A stretch of 64,000 nt of DNA from Squalus acanthias. Taxonomy: Eukaryota. The translations under genes and the position numbers were made by a program. A model generated the notes under the pieces. It did no database searches and was not told where the DNA came from. It saw only the letters and a list, made by a program, of their open reading frames with translations. Each line of letters opens with the position of its first letter. Position 1 is the first letter of the stretch. Shown piece after piece: positions 36,865-49,300 of this stretch. The stretch is from contig CM059432.1 of NCBI GenBank assembly GCA_030390025.1, positions 52,392,001 to 52,456,000 on the forward strand, given 5' to 3'.

Positions 36865-38684
36865 ATGGAGAGGGTGAGAGAACGAGCTCAGCGCTTCACC
36901 GAGCGGGCCTTGGATGCTCTGGTTGTCGCGGTGGAGCGCAGAAGATCTATACTCTTCCCTGAGAGTGGCAGGAGGCCTTTGCCACGCGACTACAGAAGAG
37001 TGTGGAGGGAGGTGGCTCAGAGCGTCTCCTCCAGGAGCATGGTGCCCAGGGCCCATGTTCAATGCCGCAAAAAGTTCAACGACCTCACTCGGGTCGTCAG
37101 GGTGAGTGGCTTTTTCTCAATACCTCTCCATCCCTCCATCTCAACCTCACTCTATGGCCAGAGGGTCTTAAAACCCCAATGCACAACACTCATCCAACAC
37201 CTATGGCCCTTTCATGAAACACACACACACATTCCACACTTTGCATACAGTAAGGGCTATTCACCTATGGGAGGCACATCAGGCAAGACCATGGCTGCAT
37301 ACAGTAAGGGCTATTCACCTATGGGAGGCGCATCAGGCAAGACCATGGCTGTATATTTACTCAGATGCTGTCCTTTTTCTTGCAGGCCAAGCTGGCGCAT
37401 AATCGGAGACAGCAGCAACGGACAGGTGGAGGGCGGCCTCAGCTGCAACCCCTCAGCGATCTTGAGGAGCGCGTCCACAGGATTGTGGCAAGCCGGGTGA
37501 TTGGTCCCGTCGCCACTGGAGACGCCGACCCCGTTCTGGACAGCAATGGTAAGGTCATCACCTTTTTGTCCTCTGTCCTTCCACTTGTCCCTCACAACAC
37601 CAGCCTTTGACACTTTCAATCCAACTTGCTAACTCGCTGCACTTATTCCTCCCTTACTGCCACCCTGTCCTCACGCTAAAGCCACTCTTGTACCTCCCTG
37701 CTTTCAGATGGTGATTCACCAGCTGAGGAGACGGGCCCTGAAGCTGCCACTGGGAGTGAAGCTGCAGCCGAGGAGGAAGAGGAAGCCGGAGCATCAGTGC
37801 CACCCTCTCCCGAGGAAGCCCATGCCCACACTGGGAACACGCCTTCCCTGGAGGGGAGCAGGGGGGAAGGGTCTGATGAGGGTGAAGCTCCAGGACCCAG
37901 CGGGCTGCAGCAACGCCATGGGGGTAGGGAAGAACGGGGGCCTTCTCCCCAGAGGGAGAGTATGCCAGAGACTCCTACTGCAATGGACGCAGAGGAGGAG
38001 CGGCTGATCGCAGAAATGAACACCCAGGCGGTGGGCATGCACATTGAGCTCATGGGTGCAGTGGGAAGGGTGCCCGAATGCATTGAGTCACTGGCAAGGA
38101 GTGTGGAGCACTTCGCTGTAGCACAGGCGGATGCCACACTAACGCTTAGTGCTGCAATTCAGTCACTGGCTGCCGTGATCCCATCTCTGACTGCTCTCAT
38201 GCAGACTCAGATTGAGGCCACGCGAGCACAGACTGCTGCCAACCTCGATGGTTCGTTCACATGTCCCCGGGGCTCTCACCGCGCCGCAGCAGGCCAGCAA
38301 TCTGTTCTCCAGCAGATTGCTCCGGATGCTGAAGTGCTGCCCCGTGGGAGTGCCAGTGTGTCGGGCGAGCAGGGAGTTGCTGTCCTCTCTCACGATGACA
38401 GCATTCCTGCTGCCAACACTGTCACTTCTCCACTGCACTTGCCACCGCCTGTAGGACAGACTGCTGCCGCCCATGCAGAGTTGGTGCAGTCTGCAGCCGG
38501 GCCCTCCAGGCCCAGAACTGGTCGAGGCCGTCCTTCAGGGGCATCTGCAGTGTCAGGGTCTGACGATCAGCAGCCTTCCACCAGCCTTGCTGCAGCCACT
38601 GAGGTCCCATTACGGAGGAGCAGTAGGGTTAGAAGGGGGGAAGTGCGCAAGGGAAGGAGATCACCCTCGAAGGGCAAAAAGTAG
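36865..38684 (+). CDS. Harbinger Myb/SANT-like DNA-binding partner protein, ~458 aa, intact, three exons
   Basis: Exons 36865-37101, 37386-37548 and 37708-38684; GTGAGT/CAG and GTAAGG/CAG splice sites keep frame. N-terminal Myb/SANT-like domain, acidic linker, Ala/Gln-rich helical region and basic C-terminus. Confidence 0.88.
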
Positions 38685-38996
38685 GAGGTGTGACAAAATG
38701 CTGGTCATTTTTTTATTAAAGGCCGAGGTTCATGGTCCAACTTTTGTTTAGTGTTTTGGACATTATCTCCAGGTTGTGAGAACCAGTTATGTTATTGACT
38801 GTTTTTTTGTGTTTATTTCTATGAGTTTGTCATGAGGAATTGACACACACAGAGTTTGTAAAATAAATAAGTTTCTGTATTCAAAATATACATGGTTGGT
38901 GTTTGGAATTATTGGTGCCTTGGCCGGCTTAGGGGTTGCGTGCTGGGTTCATTGATGTTGTTAGCAATGGCAGAAGCCATTTCCACAGCAGGGGCC

Positions 38997-40157
38997 CTAG
39001 AAGCGGCTTGCTATTAGCCGTTGACGGACGGCCCTTGCAGTTTGACCATTGTGGGCCGCCCTCCCGCCTTGGTGCTGCTGATGATCATCCTCCTCGTCCT
39101 CTTCCTCCTCTTCCTCCTCCTCCTCTGGTGGTGCTCCAAGGCCTGGTGGCATTGGCTGGGTCCTGACGATTGCCATGTTATGCAACATGCAGCACACAAC
39201 TACGAAGTTGGATACTCGCTCAGGCGAGTACTGCAGGGCTCCTCCAAAATGGTCGAGACAGCGGAACCGTTGCTTCAGCACACCGATTGTGCGCTCAATG
39301 ATGTTCCTGGTAGCTTGATGGCTCTCATTGTACCGCAGCTCAGCAGGGGTGTTGGGCGTACGGAGCGGTGTCATCAGCCAGGTGCTCAATGGATACCCCT
39401 TGTCCCCGAGAAGCCAACCAACTGGCTGATGCGGTGCCTCGAAAAGTTCTGCCACAGTAGTCTGGCGCAGGATAAAAGCATCGTGGCAGCTGCCAGGATA
39501 GTGGGCATTGACAGCGAGTATCAGCTGTCTATGGTCACAGACCAACTGAACATTCAAGGAATGGAACCCCTTTCTGTTCCGGAATTCCTCGGCATTCTCA
39601 TGTGGAGCACGCAAAGCCACATGCGTGCAGTCAATGGCGCCCTGCAGCATGGGGAAGCCCGCTATCCTCGCAAAGCCCAGAGCGCGGTCACGCTGCTTGT
39701 CTGGGGTCATGGGGAAAGAGATGAACTCTCGTCTCCTTTTAAAGAGGGCATTTGTGACCTGCCGAATGCAGCAATGCACCGCGAACTGGGAGATATTGGC
39801 GAGGTCCCCAGCAGCAGCTTGAAATGAGCCAGTAGCATAGAAGTTGAGAGCCACTGTGACCTTCACTGCCACCGACAGAGACGTCCTGGACCTCAGTTGA
39901 GGCTGCAGATCTGGCTGCAGCAGGTGGCAGAGCTCAGTGACCACCTCCTTGCTGAATCGCAGCCTTCGCAAACACAGCTCCTCAGACATATGAATGTAGG
40001 AGAGCTGTTCACGATATACCCTGGGAGGGTAAGCTCTCCTGTACATACGCCTGTTGGCCCTCCTCCGTCTGGCCATCATTGCCACTCTCTCTCTGCGTCT
40101 CTGTGTCCTCCGATTCAGCTGGAGCAGGACGACGCCCCCAATCAGTGCAGCCCCCAT
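38997..40157 (-). CDS. Harbinger DDE transposase (HARBI1-like family), 386 aa, intact
   Basis: Same catalytic motifs as copy 1; 10 amino acid differences in 386 by manual comparison. Confidence 0.95.
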   Translation of the reverse strand: MGAALIGGVVLLQLNRRTQRRRERVAMMARRRRANRRMYRRAYPPRVYREQLSYIHMSEELCLRRLRFSKEVVTELCHLLQPDLQPQLRSRTSLSVAVKVTVALNFYATGSFQAAAGDLANISQFAVHCCIRQVTNALFKRRREFISFPMTPDKQRDRALGFARIAGFPMLQGAIDCTHVALRAPHENAEEFRNRKGFHSLNVQLVCDHRQLILAVNAHYPGSCHDAFILRQTTVAELFEAPHQPVGWLLGDKGYPLSTWLMTPLRTPNTPAELRYNESHQATRNIIERTIGVLKQRFRCLDHFGGALQYSPERVSNFVVVCCMLHNMAIVRTQPMPPGLGAPPEEEEEEEEEDEEDDHQQHQGGRAAHNGQTARAVRQRLIASRF

Positions 40158-41478
40158 AGTCTCTTTGCAAGCAAAGTAATGAAGGACAGCAACCAAAGTA
40201 CCAGCGAAGTTAGGATCAGTAGGCAAAACTACCTCACAAAGCGTTGAGTCAATGCAGAAGTCTCTCTTTCTCTCTCTCCGAATCTCTCTCTCTCTCTCAG
40301 AACGAGTGGTGCATAAATGTCAACCACAGAAAAAGACAGGAAGAGGCCCCCTTTAAATAGCGCCCCCCCCAGCCCCACAGCGATTGATAGCGTTCCAGTC
40401 TTCCGGTCGTTGGATGCGCCAGGCGGTAAGGCAGGGGGCGCCACTCAATTTCCGCTCCGGGGCGCCACAAGGGCGTTGCACCATGGAATGACGTCACAAT
40501 CTGCGCGCGCAGGTGGTCGCAGCGGTAAAGTTTAGCGCCGCCGCACAATGTCTAGTTAAGTTCCCGAGCAGCGCAAACATCGCTGCGCCCGGGCGTTAGC
40601 GGCTTTGCGCCCCATTAGCGCCCTCTTAAGGCGCTAACGGGAGGCGCAACCAACTGAATTTTTACCCCCAGATCCCTTTTGCTCACCACATGCCCATCAT
40701 ACCATCCCTGTGTCATGCCATATCACAGCATCCTCCTGGGCGCAAAGGTGAAATGAGAGAGATCACAAAATATTGTAAAATCTGCTAATAAATTCATGCA
40801 TAAACATATCACACGTATCACATTCATTCTAATAACTAATGATCCTTGTGCCTGCCATAGTTGAATAGCTGTCATTGTGTGCAAGGCGTGAGATGTGGGT
40901 GTGAGTGTTGCTAGGTAGAGATTGTTGGAGGATGAGTGCTGGGGGTGTGGTGTTTTGGGCAGTGTGTGAAGCTTGTGGTACAGATGCTGGTATGTAGCAT
41001 CTGTTGAAGCATTCAATCACCCTGACCACCCGACTGAGGTGGATTTGCCATGAGCACACCTGCTTCAGTCCTTCGGCTCCTTCTCCTTGTTGTGCTTCTC
41101 TTTGCAGAGGCAGCTGCACAGCCAGCAATGCTGAGAATGAGGTGCTGCAGTATCAATGAACCTCCCCTTTAAGTACTGGGAAAAGCCTGTGGCAATGAAG
41201 AGTTGAGAGTAGACTGCACCCGATATTGGTCCACCCTTTGAGTGCAACATCACTGAGCTAGGCCTTTAAGACTTTATTTAGCGCCCCAATCATTTCTTTG
41301 AGCAGTGAGAATGAATTTTGTGTGCAGTCTAAAGCATTAGCGCCTGGCGCTAATTCTCAAACTTTTCTAAAGATACCGCCCATTCCTGGGCTATAATGAA
41401 TTTCTAGTCCTAAGAACCCTACCACTTCCCTGGCAAGATGAGCTAGCTCAGCACATATCAGAGACTGAGCCATCTAAC

Positions 41479-42748
41479 TGAAGGGATAATTACTAGTTCT
41501 AGCCCCTTTTGGGCTACCCCGGATCAGGCGTATTCCCCAGACGTTCACCTTCAACTAAAGTTAGAGGTAGCTGAATCCTAAAGACGCTTAATTGGGTCTA
41601 AAGGTCCAGACTATCTCTCCCTAAAGGAAAGGAACAACCTGAAGATGTTACCGTCCTCCAGATAGCACTTTTAATAAGTTTAGCTAGACTGTAACCTTAC
41701 GGATATTATGAGGGTCCGGAAAACTCCCTCAGAATTCTGCAACTCCTCACCAAAGAGTGTACAGAGATTGAGTTTGCAAGTTTGATACAGAAATACTATG
41801 TGAGACAATTCTAAAAATATATAGATTTATTAAAGAACCGACATGTAATTACAGTTGGTGATTCAGTCGCAATAGTAACAGTTCCAAATACAAAAGCTTA
41901 CAATTCTTATGATCAGAGATCCTTATTCTCAAATCTTAACTTTGTTACATTTTTACATTTCTTAGTCTTATTCCAGGATATCCACCAAAATAAAATACAA
42001 GTACCTTGATCCCCAAGATACAAGAGTTGAAGACTTACAGAGCTTGCCTCTGAAGCCTGAGAATCGCTTTGCCCCTTCAAGCGAATCTATCTTCCCATTT
42101 GAAAGTCCAATTTTTATACCCTTTCTCAGTGGTATATCCTTTGAAGTTTTCTGCTGATGTAAGCTAATTATCTCTAGTCATTTTTCTGTTGACCCCTTCT
42201 ATTCTTACAGTTAGATCAGCTGGTAGCAAGCAGACTCGTGTCTCTCCTTTTAGCTGTTTCAAGTTCAACACAAAAACAATGTGATGGCTGGTGCCTCCCC
42301 CACTTGATGCCATTCTTACCAAGGTCTTCTGTTTTTATCTTTTGCATTTAGAACACCTCAACTGGATGCACCATTGTCTTCTTAGCTACCTCAACTGGTT
42401 GCATTAAGAATTATGTCTCCTGTCTTTCATTTGATGTCATTTTTACGAAGGCATATATTTCTTTATCTTTCTGTGTTTCATTTCAAAGTGTTGGTTTAAG
42501 ACACTTTAACTGGGTATACCATTATGTTCTTTCCAAGGCTTCAGACTTCCAGGAACCTCTAACCTTCTGTTTCATTAAGGCTATTGTTTCAGTGTCAACA
42601 ACTTATCTTATCTCAACAGCCTGTATGCTGTTCACAGCTTTAGATTGTTGAGGCTTCCAGATTTTCAAGCCCAGTTTGTCATGTTTTAATAAAGTCAAAA
42701 TTCTTTCATAGGATGGTGTTTTTTTCTGAATAGGTATATTCCTTCACA
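41479..42748 (-). mobile_element. Solo LTR (1270 bp) of an LTR retroelement or ERV
   Basis: Ends TGAAGGGATA...TATTCCTTCACA, 4-bp TSD TAAC on both sides; on the - strand TATAAAAA (~42115) precedes AATAAA (~41828). Confidence 0.8.
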
Positions 42749-42801
42749 TAACTTCCATGTCTGTATGACTGACTCCTGTACCGGCCAATGGTTTTCTGTT
42801 G

Positions 42802-43220
42802 TGTGTCAGCTGTAGCTCATCTGGTAGCACTCTCACCTCTGAGTCAGAAGGTTGTGGGTTCAGAGTCCCACTCCAGAGACTTGAGCACAAAAATCTAGGC
42901 TGACACTGCAGTGCTGAGGGAGTGCTACACTGTCGGATGGTGCCGTCTTTTAGATGAGATGTTAAACCAAGGCCCTGTCTGCTCTCTCAGGTGGATGTAA
43001 AAGATCCCATGGCACTATTTCGAAGAAGAGCAGGGGTGTTCTCCCCACCCATCAATCAACATCACTAAAACAGATTATCTGGTCATTATCACTTGGCTGT
43101 TTGTGGGAGCTTGCTGTGCACAAATTGACTGCTGTGTTTCCTACAATTCAAAAAAGTACTTCATTGGCTGTAAAGTGCTTTGGGATGTCTGGTGGTTGTG
43201 AAAGGTGCAAGTCTCTTTCT
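42802..43220 (+). mobile_element. tRNA-derived DeuSINE-like SINE (SacSINE1-like)
   Basis: A/B-box head (TAGCTCA..TGG; GGTTCAGAGTCCC), Deu-like core GCCGTCTTT..GATGAGA..TTAAACC..GGCACTATTTCGAAGAAGAG, and L2-like tail. Confidence 0.8.
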
Positions 43221-43629
43221 TCCTAAACCATTAGATGTTGGGTGAACAAAAAACAAAAGCAGCAAAGAAATGCCCAAACACTTAAAAGTAGGCTGTGAAA
43301 ACTGAAAATTTTGGGTCCTGAGAAATCGTAGGCACCCAGAATTTGCTCTAACCTTCTCATTCCTATCCCCTTCCAAACTTTATCTTTCTCTCCCCACCTC
43401 CACTGAAGCCAGATCCTTTTTCTGACACCTTTTCAGGCTTTTGAAGGTGAAGAGAGATGTAACAAAGTGGAGGGGCTTTGAGAGGGGGGTTAGTTCTAGA
43501 GTGTTGTGATTGCCACCAGTGGTAAGGCAGCGGGAGTGGGGACACTTAACCGACCAGAGATGGAAGCATGGAGGATGCAAGCTGGTGTGTAGGACTGGAG
43601 AAGGTCAGACAGGTAGGATGAATTGAAAC

Positions 43630-44020
43630 TTATCTCATTGAAACTTATAAAATTCTGACAGGACTGGACAGACTAGATGCAGGAAGGATGTTCCCGATGG
43701 TCGGGGAGTCCAGAACCAGAGGTCACAGTCTAAGGATAAGGGGTAAGCCATTTAGGACAGAAATGAGGAGGAATTTCTTCACCCAGAGAGTGGTGAACCT
43801 GTGGAATTCTCTACCACAGAAGGCAGTAGAGGCCAATTCATTAAATATATTCAAGAAGGAGTTGGATATATTTCTTAAGGCTAAAGGGATCAAGGGATAT
43901 GGGGAGAAAGCAGGGACAGGGTTCTGAATTTGGATGATCAGCCATGATCGCATTGAATGGCGGAGCAGGCTAGAGGGGCCGAATGGCCTACTCCTGCTCC
44001 TATCTTCTATGTTTCTATGA
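43630..44020 (+). mobile_element. CR1 LINE 3' fragment
   Basis: MFPMVGESRTRGHSLRIRG...RRNFFTQRVVNLWNSLP followed by the 3' UTR and TTCTATG tail. Confidence 0.9.
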
Positions 44021-44654
44021 AGTGAAATCTTGGAGGACACAGATTTTGAAGTCAGTGAAACTGAGGAATAGGGAGACAGTAAGGATACAGGGGAGAAAGG
44101 AGAGAAGGACTTTGTGTGGGACATAATGTGGGCAGCAGAGTTCTGGATGAATTAGAGTTTATGGAGTTTGGGGGAATGACAAGTAGGGCGTTGAAAAAAA
44201 TGGAGTCCGGAGGTGATAAGGGCATCATTGAGGGCTCCTACGACAGTGGGGATGAGATAGAGATGGAGGTGGGTGCTCTTTTAGAAGTACTAGTAGACAC
44301 TCTTGTACGGATGTGGAGTTTGAAGCTCAGCTCAGGGCTGAGCACGACACTGAGACCATACACCTTTGGGTTGGTCTTGAATGAACATCCAAGAAGGGAG
44401 ATGGAATCAGGGGCTAAGGCACAGTTTCTGACACTGACTGAACAAGATGGCTTTGGTCTTGCTAATGTTGAGCTGCAGAAAGTTCTGGTTCATCCAAAAC
44501 TTGATGTCAGATGGGTAGTCGAACAGTAGAGTGCCAATCATGGAATCAAGGTAGTGGTGGAGAAGTAAAGTTGCATATTGTTGGCAAACATGTGACTGCT
44601 GATGGGGATTGTCACTGAAGGGCAACATATAGATGACAAATAAGATGACGCCAC

Positions 44655-45455
44655 AAACTCCGTTCCCTAGTCACTGACTCCATCCCTCTCCCAAACATCT
44701 GTCTGAGGCTGAACCACACTGTTCACAACCTTGGTGTTATATTTGACCCCGAAATGAGCTTCCGATCACATATCCGCAGCATAATTAAGAAGCCCTATTT
44801 CCACCTCCGTAACATCGCCCGTCTCCGCCCTTGCCTCAGCTCATCCGCTGCTGAAACCCTCATCCATGCCTTTGTTACCTCTAGACTTGACTATTCCAAT
44901 GCACTTCTGGCTGACCTCCCACATTCTTCGCTTGTAAACTTGAGGTGATCCAAAACTCGGCTGCCCGTGTCCTAACTCGCACCAAATCCAGTTCACCCAT
45001 CACCTCTGTGCTCGCTGACCTATATTGGCTCCTGGTTAAGTAACGACTCGATTTCAAAATTCTCATCCTTGTTTTCAAATCCCTCCATGGCCTCGCCCTC
45101 CCCTATCTCTGTAATCTCCTTCAGCCCCACAACCCCCCGAGATATCTGCGCTCCTCTAATTCTGCCCTCTTGAGCATCCCTGATTATAATCGCTCAACCA
45201 TTGGTGGCCGTGCCTTCTGTTGCCTAGGCCCTAAGCTCTGGAATTCCCTGCCTAAACCTCTCCGCCTCGCTACCTCTCTTTCCTCCTTTAAGACGCTCCT
45301 TAAAACCTACCTCTTTGACCAAGCTTTTGGTCACCTGCCCAAATTTCTCATTATGTGGCTCGGTGTCAAATTTTCTGTCTTTTAATACTCCTTTGAAGTG
45401 CCTTGGGACGTTTTACTACATTAAAGGTGCTATATAAATACAAGTTGTTGTTGTT
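44655..45455 (+). mobile_element. L2 LINE 3' fragment
   Basis: NLGVIFDP, FHLRNIARLRP, AFVTSRLDYSN, GGRAF..LWNSLP..FKTLLKTYLF, then a (GTT)n tail. Confidence 0.9.
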
Positions 45456-45922
45456 GAATAGGAGGAGCCATGGATGAAACACCAGAGATGTCCATAACGG
45501 TACTAGAAAAGAAGCCATTGCATGAGCTGTGCTGGGTACAATGGAAAAGGTAAAAATCGAGCCACATAAAGACAGCACCATGGAGGCTGACTACAGAGGA
45601 GCTGGTGGAGTATGATGGTATGGTCTACCATATAGAGTGCTGAAGAGGGGTTGAGTAGGATGGTGATAGATAATGCGCTATGACCACAATCGCACAGAAC
45701 ATTATGGTGACTTTAACTCGGGTGGTCTCAGTGCTGTGAACAATTGGAGCTAGACGGAAGGGATTTGAACAGGAAGTAGTAGGGGAGGTGAGCACTGAGT
45801 TGGGTGGTGGGTCAGAAAGGAAGGAAAGGTTGATGATGTACAGGACAGAGAGATGCAGGATAGATTTTTTTTTAGCTGTTTTGAAAGGGAGGGGAACAAT
45901 GACTTAAGAACGATCAATTACA

Positions 45923-46325
45923 GTCCCACGCCAGAGACATGAGCACAAAAATCTAGACTGACACTCCAGTGCAGTACTGAGGGAGTGCTGCACTGTCAGA
46001 GGTGCCGTCTTTCGGATGAGACATTAAACCGAGGCCCCGTCAAGACGGAAAAGATCCTATGCCACTATTTCGAAGAAGAGCAGAGGAATGATCCCCAGTG
46101 TCCTGGCCAACATTTATCCCTCAATCAACATCACCAAAACAGATTATCTGGTCATAATCATATTGCTGTTTGTGGGAGCTTGCTGTGTGTTATGTGCAAT
46201 TGGCTGCCGTGTTTCCTACATTACAACAGTGACTACATTTCAAAAGTACTTCATTGGCTATAAAGTGCTTTGGGACGTCCTGAGATCATGGAAGGTGCTA
46301 CATAAATACAAGTGTTTTTTTCTTT
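45923..46325 (+). mobile_element. DeuSINE-like SINE, 5'-truncated
   Basis: Colinear with 42802-43220. Confidence 0.8.
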
Positions 46326-49300
46326 CTTCTTGCCAACTGAGCCAGCTGAACCAAGATTGCACTTGCTATGTGGAAGCTTTGGTTTTGATGGAATTAATGG
46401 CCTGATTTCAGTCCCAAGTTTAAAAAAATGTTTTAACTAAATTCTGTGTTTATAGTAATTTCACATAAGATAACATTGATATAGCAATAAAATAAAATAA
46501 AATATCTGGCATCCTTATATTTTATACCACACTGGTCCAATTGACAAGATGTTCAAAGGTATATCATTGTACCCAGCCATGAGCATAACCTAGACAATTG
46601 ACACACTTCCGTGATGTTTGTAAAGCATTCATTGCCACTCCTTTACACAATGACATCTGTATCCAGTGACTTCCCTTTTAATATCCTCTTCTGTTCCCAT
46701 TTTAACATTTATGATTATGTAGAAATTCAGATACGTACTCTTCAGATACCTTTTTTTGCACTTTCTCTCTTAACAAGAGCTAGACCCCCAACTGTAGCAA
46801 GAGCTGAGTAAGTGAGCAGTGAGATGCGCAGGCTGTCATATTTTGTCATTTTCTTTTTGACTTTATCCTGGTGCGTCACTTCTGTCTATAAATTCAGACA
46901 TAACCATTCCAGAAAAATGTATTTTTTCTCCGCAAGAAACCATTTCCTTATCGTAGCAAGCTAAAAACAGGCAGGCAGTCAAGTGTCTGCAGTGTCAAGA
47001 GAACAAAAGAAAGCATTTAATTCCTCGTGATGTTCAGAGTTTGGCAAATGGCTATCAAAGCTGCACCTCTTTTCCTGTTTATAAATAGAAATAACATACT
47101 ATATATACAATGCAGCTGTGTGGTATTCCAGACCGCTCTGGAGTACCACTTCAATCACCAAAGTACCTCTCGGCTCCCATGATAAAAGCTTTAACTCCTC
47201 AAGTTTCACGAGTGTGTTTTCTTTGACTGAGACTCTGCATAGCACCAACAATAACTTGCATTTATATAGCTCGTTAAACGTCCCAAGGTGCTTCACAGGA
47301 GCGTTATCAAACAAACTGTGACACCGAGCTACATAAGAAGCTATTATCTTGTGTCTGGAACTCTCTCATATAGGTGGGTATGAGGGGCCAGGCAGGAAGA
47401 CAAGGGAGGCTGGAAGACTAGCTGAGCCTGTGTTCCCAAACTGAGGTGACCAAAAACTTGGTTTTAAAGAGCACCATTAAAGGAGGAGAGAGAGGTAGAG
47501 AGGTGGAAAGGTTTAGGGATGGAATTCCAGAGCTTAAACATTATTGATCACTTTTAAGAATCAGTGCAAATTAATAAATTAATTCAATTGCTTATGACCA
47601 TTTATTCTCTATAGCTCTCTTTATAACATTTAGAATTATGTAACAATTCAAATTAATGTACTTCTCTTTTAGATACTTTGTCCCCCCACAATAAAGTCCT
47701 GATTACTTGGTTGGTAAATGCACTGCCCAGTGTGGAATTGAGTCATAACAGTTGTGTAAGGTTCAAAACATGACAATGTTTGCAATTTATTGTCTTCTGG
47801 TAGAGCATTGCACTGGGAAACAGGAGTGGGAACACAGGCTCAGCTAGTCTTCCAGCCTCTCTTGCTTTCCTGCCTGGCTCCCTCAAACCCACCTATATGA
47901 GAGAGTTCCAGACACAAGATCGACACCAGCTTTTTCAGTGCTCCTCATAATGTGTGCCCTTTGGAGAAAAATGCAGTGAAATGCTTGTGAACACCCCCAT
48001 CTGCCTCATTTCCATGGCTGCCCTAAACATTCCTCGGGTGCTATGGAGAGGAATATTGGGGCCCATGTAAGGTGCCCTTTTTTGAATTATAAATGCATAG
48101 ATCAGAATTTTCAACAGGGAAATGTAAGAGTGCATTTTATGATCAAAAGAGTGCGACAGATAAGAAACTCATTGAAATGCATGGAACTGTGTTTATTTTT
48201 AAAAGTGAGACATATCAAAATGGGTTTTGGATCAAAATGAGTGAATCTCAATCCAAATGAGGTTTGACAGGTCTGATTTGGCATATATCCAATACTTAAG
48301 TATATTTCTCCCTCAGGTTTGTGTCAATGCCATTCTTTACAAGGTTTCTAGGAGGTACATAGAGTGGCCTGATTTAATTGACCATCTGTTTTTCCATTAT
48401 CTTACCTCAGCTCTCATCAATTCTTTTCTCTTCGCTGAGACATCTCTTTACTTTTGTGCCAAATTGAGAATAAACGGGATGCTTAATGGAAAGATCAAAG
48501 ATTGAAACTACCATTCTTCATACTCAACAAAGTGGTGAGACAGCACAAAACGGAACCCATTATTTCAGGCAGAGCTATTTCACACAAAGGGTAACAGTCA
48601 TAGTGAACAGGTTACCTGGGAAAGCCATTGAAGCATTTGGTTTAAATGGATTCAAGAGTCAACGATGTACATTTCTGGAGAAAAAGAATGTGAAGAAAAA
48701 GAAATAACTGTTGCTGGTATTAGTGTACAAATGCTTAACATATTCTTATGACACTCCGCTATCGCTATTTTAATGCAGGTGTGACCAGTTTAGTTTAAAT
48801 GGAGTCAGTGTATGGACACAGCTTTTCTCTGGTCTACTAACTAAGCACCAATGTAAAAGCACCTTTAGATTGCTGTACTACTGGTGAAGACAGGGTAACT
48901 GGCAATGGCAGCACTGTAATGTGAAGGAGCCACCTCTTTGAGGTGTTTAGTTTCCAGAGCAGCTAAGGGTTGAAGGTCTTCATGATGGAGATAACACAAG
49001 GGGGACGAAGCAGTCCAAAGTGTGTGCTGCTCACAAGGTTGATATAGACTTGTCAAGAACAGAGATCATCAGTTGTTGATATTTTCACTGACAACTGCAC
49101 AAATATTGGCCACAAACAGAAACATACCACGTATAAAATATAAAAATGCATAGAAATAATAGATACTGGAGAGGAAGTAAAAGGCAATATTGAATCTCAG
49201 GAATCAAATATTAGTTAGAACCTGATCAAAGTTCCTTTCATAGTTTATGACTCCATATGACCCTCGATTTAATTGTAAAGAACAAATTTGCATTTATATA

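Larger units (their letters stand above)
36506..40668 (+). mobile_element. Full-length PIF/Harbinger DNA transposon, copy 2 (4163 bp)
   Basis: TIRs GGGGGAAAAATT (one mismatch) / AATTTTTACCCC, TSD CAG on both sides, two convergent intact genes. Confidence 0.97.
35882..41410 (+). mobile_element. Older internally deleted Harbinger element hosting copy 2
   Basis: Imperfect TIRs GGCGGAAAAATTC / GAATTTCTAGTCC with TSD TAA. Transposase N-terminal remnant 36208-36498 (YPPRVFRQHFSYLQLSEEQCIRRL) on +. Its right end has the ATTAGCGCCTGGCGCTAAT palindrome. Confidence 0.75.

Noticed and set aside
27849..40668. Assembly artefact or tandem segmental duplication
   Set aside because: Similarity stops exactly at the TIRs, the TSDs differ, and the copies differ by scattered substitutions and indels.
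42802..42880. tRNA gene
   Set aside because: A/B boxes belong to a SINE head; no complete cloverleaf.
46870..46895. TGCGTCA plus TATAAA promoter-like pair
   Set aside because: Short motifs with no linked gene; not supportable from sequence alone.
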